Source: Candidatus Lindowbacteria bacterium RIFCSPLOWO2_12_FULL_62_27 (GTDB lineage: Bacteria > Lindowbacteria > 2-12-FULL-62-27). From it: a stretch of 64,000 nucleotides of DNA. Positions 38,199 to 45,779 of this stretch are shown here, piece by piece (the first letter of the stretch is position 1; each line of letters begins with the position of its first letter). The stretch spans positions 186,001 through 250,000 of the forward strand of contig MFPR01000006.1 of NCBI GenBank assembly GCA_001784175.1, written 5' to 3'. The notes beneath the pieces are model-generated. The model saw only the letters and a list, made by a program, of their open reading frames with translations. It was not told the DNA's origin and did not search any database. The translations under genes and the position numbers were made by a program.

Positions 38199-39479
38199 TC
38201 ACTCGAACTTGAACATCTTTTTCATCTCTTCCGTCTTGTCCCGCACCGTCACCGCGATGTCCTCCACCACCAGATTCTGAAGCCCGAGCCGGGCGCGGTA
38301 GGGATCGGCCAGGGACCCGATCTTCGCCATGTACTCGTAGGGGTCGATGTCGGAATCGAGGCCCGTGAGCGTTGCCGCGAGATGCACGATCATGGCCTCC
38401 GGCTTGATCGACTTCATCTGCTCGATCTGGCCGATGGGATAATGGTGGATCATGGCGCCCTGGATGACCACGGGCGGGAACTGCCAGATTTCGAACAGAA
38501 ACGACCCGATGTCCGCATGGCATCCTCCCAGAACCTGCCGCTCGGCCACCAGCGGATCTGTTCCGGAAGATTTCAGTTTCACGATCTCCTCATGTTCCGC
38601 AGGGAAATGCTGGTAGATCGCGAGTTCCCCCACGTTGTGGATGAAGCCATTGATGAACAGCATGTCGACGTCCGGTATTTTCAGAAACGTCCCGACTTCC
38701 TTGCACCACTGGGCCGCGGCAATGGCGCGGTCCCAGAATCGCGCCGCCTCCTCGGGCGGGATGTCCTTGAATTTCTGCATGACGCCCGCCACCAGCACCA
38801 GTTCCTTCACCTTCTTGGTGCCCAGCACCACCAGCGCCTGGGTGACCGTCTTGGCCTGTGACCGCAGTCCGTAAAAAGCCGAATTGACGATGCGGAGCAA
38901 GGTCGTGACGAGTCCCGGATCGATCGTGATGACCTTGCCGACCGCTTCCATGGAGGTCTTCGGATCGTCGAGCATCTGCGACACTTTCGTGACGACGCCG
39001 GGCAGCGGCGCGATGCCCTTGATCTTCTGCAGATTCTTCCGGATGTCGCCCTTCAGGCCGGCGGGCTTGCCGTCGCCCGGTCCCGCGCCCGCCGGCGCGG
39101 CGGCCTGCGCCGGCAGCGCCGCCATGAACGGCTTCAAAAGCCCCACCATCTCCGGCAGAGTCGCGACGCCGGCCGAGACGGCGGCCTGCGCGAACGAAAA
39201 CAGTTCGTCCCGCTGCAGCCTCAGAATCTCGTCGCCCTTCGTGTTGTCGATGTATCCCATCTCGACCGCCAGCTCGATGAATTTCTTGTTCACCTGCGTC
39301 TGGGACAGCATGACCTTGCTGACCTGCTCGGGCGTCAAAAACCCGCGCAGCATCGCAAGCTGGCCGATCCGCCGGTCCAGTTGCTGCATGGCCTTCACCG
39401 CGCGGATGATCTTCTCCTGTTCCATCAGCTTGTTGGTGCGAAGGTGGGCGATAAAGGTCTGGAGCGTCTGGATGTTCAT
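38199..39479 (-). CDS. MshEN-like repeat + HDOD domain protein (paralog 3)
   Basis: RIGQLAMLRGFLTPEQVSKVMLSQ; LLRIVNSAFYG, GFIHNVG, HADIG. Confidence 0.85.
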   Translation of the reverse strand: MNIQTLQTFIAHLRTNKLMEQEKIIRAVKAMQQLDRRIGQLAMLRGFLTPEQVSKVMLSQTQVNKKFIELAVEMGYIDNTKGDEILRLQRDELFSFAQAAVSAGVATLPEMVGLLKPFMAALPAQAAAPAGAGPGDGKPAGLKGDIRKNLQKIKGIAPLPGVVTKVSQMLDDPKTSMEAVGKVITIDPGLVTTLLRIVNSAFYGLRSQAKTVTQALVVLGTKKVKELVLVAGVMQKFKDIPPEEAARFWDRAIAAAQWCKEVGTFLKIPDVDMLFINGFIHNVGELAIYQHFPAEHEEIVKLKSSGTDPLVAERQVLGGCHADIGSFLFEIWQFPPVVIQGAMIHHYPIGQIEQMKSIKPEAMIVHLAATLTGLDSDIDPYEYMAKIGSLADPYRARLGLQNLVVEDIAVTVRDKTEEMKKMFKFE

Positions 39480-39535
39480 CGCCGTTCATATAATTCTGTT
39501 CCAATCCCAAAGTCAATATGATACGAGGGGGGCCG

Positions 39536-40297
39536 ATGATCGCGGAAGAGGAAAACTTGGACCATGCTCCAGCCGTGGAAAGCGCCGCGGCGCCAACCCG
39601 CGTCCTGGTTTTGGAGGACAACGACGACGGCCGGGAACTTTTGGTGGAGGGCCTGCAGAGTTCCGGCTGCGCGGCGCAGGGCGTAAAACGCGGCCGGGAG
39701 GCGGTATTGTCCGCCCTGCGGGACGCGCCGGATGTCCTGCTGGTCAATCCGGCGGCCTGCCAGATGGATCCCGTGCGGCTCCTGAAAATGATCAAACTGC
39801 TTGAGCCGCTCCGCCGCCGTCTCGTGTTTGTCATGCTGGACCTGGCGGACAAAGACGAGGTTCTGCGGCTGGTCCAGGCGGGCGCGGACGGGTGCGTGTC
39901 CAAGGACCTGTCGGTTCATGCGATCTACCTGAAACTCGCGCAGAGCCTCAAGCAACCGCGCGCGCCGGCGCCGACGCCGTTTGAACATCTTCGTTTCTCC
40001 GTACAGGCCGAGGGAGACACCGTCACGATCAGCGTCGAATCGGAACTGTCGGGCCCCTGCGCCAAGGAACTCGTGGCACTGGTCCGAACGCTCATCCCCG
40101 TCCAGCCATTCGCGCTTGTTCTGTCCCTGGAAAAAACGCCGGCCATCGCCACGAGCGCCATCGGTTACCTGTCCGAAGTCAAGGACACGGCGAAAGACTG
40201 CGGGGGGACATTCGTGCTGGCGCGCTTCGACGCCTCGAAATATCTTCCAAACATCCAGCGGGTGATCAAAACGAATTTCCAGATCACCCCGAATTGA
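39536..40297 (+). CDS. Pseudo-receiver REC + STAS-like domain (paralog 3)
   Basis: Clear paralog of 12579-13334 (LEKTPAIATSAIGYLSEVKDT); phosphoacceptor position is N (LLVNP); alternative start at 39518. Confidence 0.8.
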   Translation: MIAEEENLDHAPAVESAAAPTRVLVLEDNDDGRELLVEGLQSSGCAAQGVKRGREAVLSALRDAPDVLLVNPAACQMDPVRLLKMIKLLEPLRRRLVFVMLDLADKDEVLRLVQAGADGCVSKDLSVHAIYLKLAQSLKQPRAPAPTPFEHLRFSVQAEGDTVTISVESELSGPCAKELVALVRTLIPVQPFALVLSLEKTPAIATSAIGYLSEVKDTAKDCGGTFVLARFDASKYLPNIQRVIKTNFQITPN

Positions 40298-41564
40298 AAA
40301 TGGCCATGATGTTGCCGACCGCCGCGGAGATCTGGTCATGGGCCGTGCCGGCGTCCAGCGTGGAGAGGCCCTGCAGCGGCAGGCCCCGGTAGCGACCGAC
40401 GGTTTTGTCCAAAAGTTCGTGGAATTGAAAATCATCGAACGTTGACTCGATCCCCGACAGCGCCCCCGCGAGGTGCACCACCAGAACCTGGGACTTGACG
40501 TTCGGCATCGCCGACACCACGCTGAGATCGTGGTGATGCAGCATGGTGGACTGGATGATTTCGGCCGGCAGCTGCCAGAGCCCGAACAGATAGCCGCCGA
40601 GGTCCGCGTGCGTCCCTCCGAGATGCTCGCGCTCGGCTTCGAGGCGGTCGGCGCCGCCCGCCGCCTGCGCGTCGACGGCCGCCGCCTCCGCCCGGAAATA
40701 CTGCTGGACGAGCAGCTCGCCGACATTGTGGAGCAGGCCCGCCACGAACAGCTCATCGGCCTCGGCGAACCGGCACTGATGCCCGATCGTCTTGGCCCAC
40801 TCGCCCGCCCAGACCGACCGTTCCCAGAACCGGGCGGAGAAGTCGGGTGGCACGTTCCGGAACTTGTCCATGACCGCCGCCGCGAGGATGAGCTGGCGCA
40901 GTTTGGTGAGACCGAGCACCACGAGGGCGTTTTTGACGTTGCCGATGCGCGACCGCAGACCGTAGAATGCGGAGTTGACCATCTTGAGCAGGAGGCTGAC
41001 AAAGGAAGGATCGAGGGACAGCACCTGGCCGAGCTTGCCGAGGTCGACGTCCGGATCGTTGAGCATGGACATCGCCTTGGCGGCGGTCGGCGGCAGGGGC
41101 GCGATGGCGTTGATGCTCTTGAGCACTTTCTTGACGCGCACGATCGTCGCCTTCTGCGCCTCTTCGCTCGGATAGTCCGCCGGCGCGGTGAGGCCGCGGT
41201 CTTTCTGAAACTCATCCAGGCATTTGAGCATCCGGTCCATGGTGGAGAGCTTGAGAAGCACCGCCGCCTGGGAAAACAGGAAGAGATCGTCGTTCTGAAT
41301 ACGCAGCACCCGCTCGACCTGCTCGGATTTCATCGCCTGAACCTCGACCGCGCATTCTCCGAACCGCCGGCCAGAATCGCGGCTCTGGGCCTCCAGGATC
41401 TGCGCGATCTGCTCAGGTTTCAGAAACCCGTAGAGCGCCGCAAGCTGGCCGAGGCGCCGGTCCAGCCGGCCGTACTGTTTCAGCACCCGCTGAACGTCGG
41501 CCGGCCCCATCAGGTTCTGGCCGCGCAGGTATCCCATGAAGGCCTGGCATCGCGCGAGGCTCAT
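40284..41564 (-). CDS. MshEN-like repeat + HDOD domain protein (paralog 4)
   Basis: RLGQLAALYGFLKPEQIAQILEAQ...RFGECAVEV; LLKMVNSAFYG, AGLLHNVG, HADLGG. Confidence 0.85.
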   Translation of the reverse strand: MSLARCQAFMGYLRGQNLMGPADVQRVLKQYGRLDRRLGQLAALYGFLKPEQIAQILEAQSRDSGRRFGECAVEVQAMKSEQVERVLRIQNDDLFLFSQAAVLLKLSTMDRMLKCLDEFQKDRGLTAPADYPSEEAQKATIVRVKKVLKSINAIAPLPPTAAKAMSMLNDPDVDLGKLGQVLSLDPSFVSLLLKMVNSAFYGLRSRIGNVKNALVVLGLTKLRQLILAAAVMDKFRNVPPDFSARFWERSVWAGEWAKTIGHQCRFAEADELFVAGLLHNVGELLVQQYFRAEAAAVDAQAAGGADRLEAEREHLGGTHADLGGYLFGLWQLPAEIIQSTMLHHHDLSVVSAMPNVKSQVLVVHLAGALSGIESTFDDFQFHELLDKTVGRYRGLPLQGLSTLDAGTAHDQISAAVGNIMAIFNSG

Positions 41565-41565
41565 G

Positions 41566-42846
41566 TCACTTCCACTCGGTGAAGGACGTGAGCAGGTTCC
41601 CGAAATGCGTGTCGACCTGCTCGGCCAGCCGGTCGACGGCCATGTCCGGGCGGAACTTCAGCGGCGCCTGATAACGCTTGCTGATCTTTTCGAGCTCCTC
41701 CATGTACCCGAGCGCGTCCAGCTTCGGATCGAGATCGCAGATGTCGGCGGCCATGTGGACCACGAAGACCGCCGGCGACAGGTTGGGGCTGTTCACGAGA
41801 AGCTGGAGGTCATGGTGGTGGAACATCGCGCTCTGGATCGTGTCCTTGGGCATCTGCCACAGGTTGAACAAAAACCCGCCGACGTCCGCGTGCGACCCGC
41901 CGAGGACCGACTTTTCGGCGTCCACCATCCGTTTTCCTCCCCTCACCATCTCGTCGATCTCGTTTTGCTGCGGGCGGAAATACTGCATGGTCACGAGGTG
42001 GCCGGTGTTGTGCAATAGCCCGCAGACGAACAGCTCGTCCGATTCCTCCATCCTCAGCGCCTCGCCCAGCTCCTTGCTCCACTGCGCGCACCGCAGGGAA
42101 TCCTCCCAGAATTTCTGTGCGAAGGCCGGCGGGATCGACTGGAACTTCTGCATGACCGCGGCCGCGATGATCAGTTGCCGGATCTTCTTCAGCCCCAGCA
42201 CCACCAGGGCCTTCGTGACGCCCGTGACCTTTTCGCGCAGGCCGTAGAAGGCGGAGTTGACCACGCGAAGGAGCGTCGCGGTGAGACCGGGATCGAGGAT
42301 CAGCACGCCGCCGACTTTGTCCAAATCGACGTCCGGATCCTCCAGCATGCTGACTGCGCGCTGGGCGGTCGCAGGCAGCGGAGAAATTTTTTCGATCCCC
42401 TGAAGAATCGACCGGACCTGGCGGTCGATCCCGATCTTCTCGATGCTCGGCGGCGCCTCCGCCTCCCGGGCCATGTCGGGGTTGGCGCCGAGGAAGGACC
42501 TGATGTGGGACACGATCTTGTCGGTCGTGGTGAGTTTCTGGGTCACGGCGGCCTGCGCGAAGAGGAAGAGGTCGTCTTTTTGAAGTTTGATCAGCATGTC
42601 GATTTGCTGGGGGTTCATCAGTTTCAACCGCACGGCGCATTCCCCGAACCGGTCGCCGCTGCGGGCCTGCTCGAGGAGAATGGTGTTGATGTCCTCCGGC
42701 TGGATGAATCCGCGAAACGCGCCGAGGTGTCCAAGCCGCCGGTCAAACACGCTCATCTGCTTGACCGCCCTCAGCACGTCCTCCTGCTTCATCACGTCCT
42801 GCCCCCGCAGGTACTGGATGAACCGCTGCAATTTCGCGAGGCTCAT
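41566..42846 (-). CDS. MshEN-like repeat + HDOD domain protein (paralog 5)
   Basis: RLGHLGAFRGFIQPEDINTILLEQ...RFGECAVRL; very similar to paralog 2 along its length. Confidence 0.85.
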   Translation of the reverse strand: MSLAKLQRFIQYLRGQDVMKQEDVLRAVKQMSVFDRRLGHLGAFRGFIQPEDINTILLEQARSGDRFGECAVRLKLMNPQQIDMLIKLQKDDLFLFAQAAVTQKLTTTDKIVSHIRSFLGANPDMAREAEAPPSIEKIGIDRQVRSILQGIEKISPLPATAQRAVSMLEDPDVDLDKVGGVLILDPGLTATLLRVVNSAFYGLREKVTGVTKALVVLGLKKIRQLIIAAAVMQKFQSIPPAFAQKFWEDSLRCAQWSKELGEALRMEESDELFVCGLLHNTGHLVTMQYFRPQQNEIDEMVRGGKRMVDAEKSVLGGSHADVGGFLFNLWQMPKDTIQSAMFHHHDLQLLVNSPNLSPAVFVVHMAADICDLDPKLDALGYMEELEKISKRYQAPLKFRPDMAVDRLAEQVDTHFGNLLTSFTEWK

Positions 42847-43499
42847 CGGGGACCCCGAGGGAGTGCCGCTCTTGACTTTTTGATTTGTTGGCGAAAAGTC
42901 AAAAAGTCAAGAGCGGCCCCGAATGGGAATGGGCTGAATTGGAATTCTATAAAACCATGTTCGGTGACGGCGCCCATCAGCGCGGCGTCCTTTTTCGTTC
43001 GCGGAATCCGCCGCGCGAGCTGGCAGTCGAAGAGAACGCCGGCGCGGATGCCCCTCGGATGATCGGCAAGCCACCGGTCGTAAAACCCGCCGCCGTGGCC
43101 CAGCCGGACGCCGCTCGCCCGGTCCAGCCCGAGGCACGGCACGAGCACCAGATCCGACCGGCCCGGCGGCCCGCATCTTCGGCCGCGCGACGGCTCAAAA
43201 ATTCCGAACGCGCCGCGTTTCAGCGCCGCAAACGATGGCACCTGATAAAACACCATGCGCTTCCCCCTCACTTTCGGAAATGCCGGCCGCAGGCCGAGCC
43301 GGAGGACCCGGCGGTAGAAGGCCCATAGGTCAGGTTCGGGAAAGGACGGCGCAAACGCATAGAGGCGCCTCGGGCGGCAGGCGGCGACCAGCGCCCCAAG
43401 GTGCGCGCAGATCCGCCGGCTTCCCGCCCTGCGTTTCGACAAGGTCATGCGGCCAAGCCGCGCTCTAAAAATCGCCCTCCATCTCTTTTTGGTCGCCAT
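42843..43499 (-). CDS. ygfA: 5-formyltetrahydrofolate cyclo-ligase
   Basis: GAFGIFEP, DLVLVPCLGLD, RLGHGGGFYDRWL. Confidence 0.88.
   Translation of the reverse strand: MATKKRWRAIFRARLGRMTLSKRRAGSRRICAHLGALVAACRPRRLYAFAPSFPEPDLWAFYRRVLRLGLRPAFPKVRGKRMVFYQVPSFAALKRGAFGIFEPSRGRRCGPPGRSDLVLVPCLGLDRASGVRLGHGGGFYDRWLADHPRGIRAGVLFDCQLARRIPRTKKDAALMGAVTEHGFIEFQFSPFPFGAALDFLTFRQQIKKSRAALPRGPR
42865..42917. repeat. Perfect 19-bp inverted repeat with 15-nt loop
   Basis: GCCGCTCTTGACTTTTTGA ... TCAAAAAGTCAAGAGCGGC. Confidence 0.9.
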
Positions 43500-43528
43500 C
43501 GGCTCCGCTCAATTTTTCGTTCCCTCTC

Positions 43529-43557
43529 TTGACAACGGCCCTCCAAAACGGTAGACA
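43529..43557 (+). promoter_or_regulatory. Sigma70-type promoter TTGACA-N17-TAGACA
   Basis: Upstream of ferredoxin, which has SD GAGGAGG. Confidence 0.6.
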
Positions 43558-43595
43558 AGGCCAACAACACACATCGATCTTGAGGAGGCAAATGA

Positions 43596-43922
43596 ATGGC
43601 CTACATTGTGACTGAAGCCTGCATCAACTGCAAGTATACTGACTGCGCCGTGGTGTGCCCGGTCGACTGTTTCCACGAGGGGCCGAATTTCCTCGCCATC
43701 GACCCCGACGAATGCATCAGTTGCGGCCTGTGCGAGCCGGAGTGCCCGACCAAGGCCATCTATTCGGAGGACAATCTGCCGGAGGACCAGAAGGAGTACG
43801 TCGAGGTGAACGCGCGGCTCGCCAAGGGCTGGCCGGTCATCAAGGAGAAGAAAGAGGCGCTCCCGACGGCGGAGGAGTTCAAGGAGAAGAAGGGCAAGCG
43901 GGCGCTGTTGACGGAAGCCTGA
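43596..43922 (+). CDS. fdxA: 7Fe (3Fe-4S/4Fe-4S) ferredoxin
   Basis: [18 protein letters not shown] and [12 protein letters not shown], FdxA-type C-terminus. Confidence 0.95.
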   Translation: MAYIVTEACINCKYTDCAVVCPVDCFHEGPNFLAIDPDECISCGLCEPECPTKAIYSEDNLPEDQKEYVEVNARLAKGWPVIKEKKEALPTAEEFKEKKGKRALLTEA

Positions 43923-43941
43923 CCGGTTTCACATTTTTCGC

Positions 43942-43969
43942 TTGACAAAACCAAAACTCGAATTACACT
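43942..43969 (+). promoter_or_regulatory. Sigma70-type promoter TTGACA-N16-TACACT
   Basis: Consensus-like hexamers upstream of the MerR-like gene. Confidence 0.6.
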
Positions 43970-43982
43970 TCCCGCGACATCA

Positions 43983-44031
43983 GCAAAGTAAAACAAAAAA
44001 CGCCTGATTGCCGCGGTTTTTGTTTCTTTGC
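43983..44031. other. Long AT-rich imperfect hairpin in the leader (terminator/attenuator or operator candidate)
   Basis: GCAAAGTAAAACAAAAAACGC...GCGGTTTTTGTTTCTTTGC, immediately before SD AGGAGA. Confidence 0.6.
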
Positions 44032-44044
44032 AGGAGAATTGGCC

Positions 44045-44542
44045 ATGAAGGAAAAAGCAGGGAAGACGGAGGATTTCACACGGGGGGATCTTTTGAAGGT
44101 CGTCCGGCTCACGCCCCGGCAGATCCAGTACTGGGATGAGTCGAACCTGATCCGCCCCACGCGCAAAACGAGACGCCGCCGCTATTATGATTTTGCCGGC
44201 GTGGTCGAGCTCCGGGTGGTCCAGGCGCTCCGCGAGGAGGGCTTTTCCACCCAGAAAATCAGGAAGTTCCTTGTCACGCTCAGGCGCATGATGCCCCGCG
44301 CACAGAATCTTCTGGCGCGGCTTCGGATTCATACCGATGGCAGAACCTTGATCTTTCAGGAAAAAGGCGCCTTCTTCGAAATGAACGGACAGGGACTCCT
44401 CAAACTCGACCTCGAACGGCTTTACCATCAGGTCCGTCCCGCTTCCAGGGCTTTTTCCGGGCCAATGGGCACCCGTGAGAGGGGAAGCCAGAACGTCCAT
44501 CGGATGAAGGGTGGGGATCAGCGGCTGAAACGGGCCGTCTGA
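44045..44542 (+). CDS. MerR-family HTH transcriptional regulator
   Basis: LTPRQIQYWDESNLIRP...RRYYDF...LRVVQALREEGFS. Confidence 0.85.
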   Translation: MKEKAGKTEDFTRGDLLKVVRLTPRQIQYWDESNLIRPTRKTRRRRYYDFAGVVELRVVQALREEGFSTQKIRKFLVTLRRMMPRAQNLLARLRIHTDGRTLIFQEKGAFFEMNGQGLLKLDLERLYHQVRPASRAFSGPMGTRERGSQNVHRMKGGDQRLKRAV

Positions 44543-44605
44543 GCCGGCGCGGCGGCATATGGGGCCGCAGTGCCGGTTTTTCCCTCGATGGACGAGGGGG
44601 AGAAT

Positions 44606-45142
44606 ATGGGGATCGAAGAGACGGGAGCGCTGATGGGCGTCCTCCGCCGGTTTGACACCGGGGTGACGGAGGGACATCTGCACACGCTCCTGTATGTGGG
44701 GCAGAAACTGCGGCTGATCGAGCCGCGGTATGTTTTTGATTTTCACGGCCTGATGCCGTACAGCGACGCCTTGGACCTCGAGATCGCGATGTCGATCTGG
44801 AACAGCGTGATTCGCATCCGGGACAACCGCATCCATGCGGCGACACGGGAGCGGATTAAGGTCGGGTCTGCGTCTCTTGACAAACTGATTGCGCTTTCCT
44901 ACGATACCCTGAAGTTTCTGGCGGCCAGTCTGCGTCTGGAGGAGGACCTTCAGAAGAGCCGGCAGGAGATGAAAGAGGAGTGCCATGCCAGCGGAGATTT
45001 TGAAGTTGAAGGACAAGGACAAGGAAGCGATCAATCTGAGCGCGTTCCAGCAGGAGGAAAAGCACCGGAGGCGCATCCAGATCCGCCAGCGCCGCGTCCG
45101 GCGCGATGCGCGCCAGGTCGAGGTCTACATCCGGCTCCATGA
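44606..45142 (+). CDS. Hypothetical protein (weak YwgA-like winged-helix resemblance); both ends uncertain
   Basis: HTLLY...YVFDF...PYSDALDLEI; its 3' end runs about 158 nt into the next gene. Confidence 0.45.
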   Translation: MGIEETGALMGVLRRFDTGVTEGHLHTLLYVGQKLRLIEPRYVFDFHGLMPYSDALDLEIAMSIWNSVIRIRDNRIHAATRERIKVGSASLDKLIALSYDTLKFLAASLRLEEDLQKSRQEMKEECHASGDFEVEGQGQGSDQSERVPAGGKAPEAHPDPPAPRPARCAPGRGLHPAP

Positions 45143-45461
45143 GTTCAATCGCTACAACCGCGTCTACCAGATGCTGGCGTTCGACAAGATCATCAAGGAC
45201 ATCGCGCTGTCCGGGTCGGTCGGCAACGTCGCATTTGAACTTCTGGACCGGCCGGGCGCCGAGAAGGCCGTGAAGATGATCATCGACCATCCGGAGATGA
45301 ACGCGCTGGGGATTCAGGAGAAGATCGAGATGGAATCCAAGATCGAGACGCACGAGTTCACCCTCTACAAGGCCATGGCGATGATGGACGAGGTCAAAAT
45401 TTCCTCCGGCAAGCACGGGGGGATCCAGCTCGAAGTCACCAAGAATCTGCGCAGCCGCTGA
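44985..45461 (+). CDS. Hypothetical protein
   Basis: SD GAGGAG, host-like codon usage, ends just before spoVG. Confidence 0.7.
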   Translation: MPAEILKLKDKDKEAINLSAFQQEEKHRRRIQIRQRRVRRDARQVEVYIRLHEFNRYNRVYQMLAFDKIIKDIALSGSVGNVAFELLDRPGAEKAVKMIIDHPEMNALGIQEKIEMESKIETHEFTLYKAMAMMDEVKISSGKHGGIQLEVTKNLRSR

Positions 45462-45476
45462 GCCGGGGTCGGGGCG

Positions 45477-45779
45477 ATGGAAATCACCGAAGTTCGAATC
45501 AAACGGTTTGAGGACCCGCAGGGCAAGCTCATGGGGTTCGCGTCGGTCACGTTCGACGGTTGTTTCGTCGTCCACAATCTGAGAATCGTCTCCGGCGAAA
45601 AGGGCGTCTTCGTCGCCATGCCGTCCCGCCAATTGCCGAACAATAAATTTGTCGATGTGGCCCATCCCGTCACCAACGAGATGCGCGCAAAAATCCAGCA
45701 GGCGGTTCTCCGCCAGTTTGAACAAACCAAGTCTGACCCTCCCAAAGAGACACCCCCGCCGGCGGAACCGTCCCATTGA
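45477..45779 (+). CDS. spoVG: SpoVG family protein
   Basis: MEITEVRI, ASVTFDGCFVVHNLRIV, GVFVAMPSR, DVAHPV. Confidence 0.95.
   Translation: MEITEVRIKRFEDPQGKLMGFASVTFDGCFVVHNLRIVSGEKGVFVAMPSRQLPNNKFVDVAHPVTNEMRAKIQQAVLRQFEQTKSDPPKETPPPAEPSH

Noticed and set aside
43500-43595. Possible 6S RNA (ssrS) upstream of ygfA
   Set aside because: The gap is under 100 nt and is taken up by the fdxA promoter and SD; too short for a typical 6S RNA
45477-45779. spoVG as evidence of sporulation
   Set aside because: SpoVG is a nucleic-acid-binding protein also found in non-sporulating diderms; the neighbouring Kdo genes indicate an LPS-type envelope
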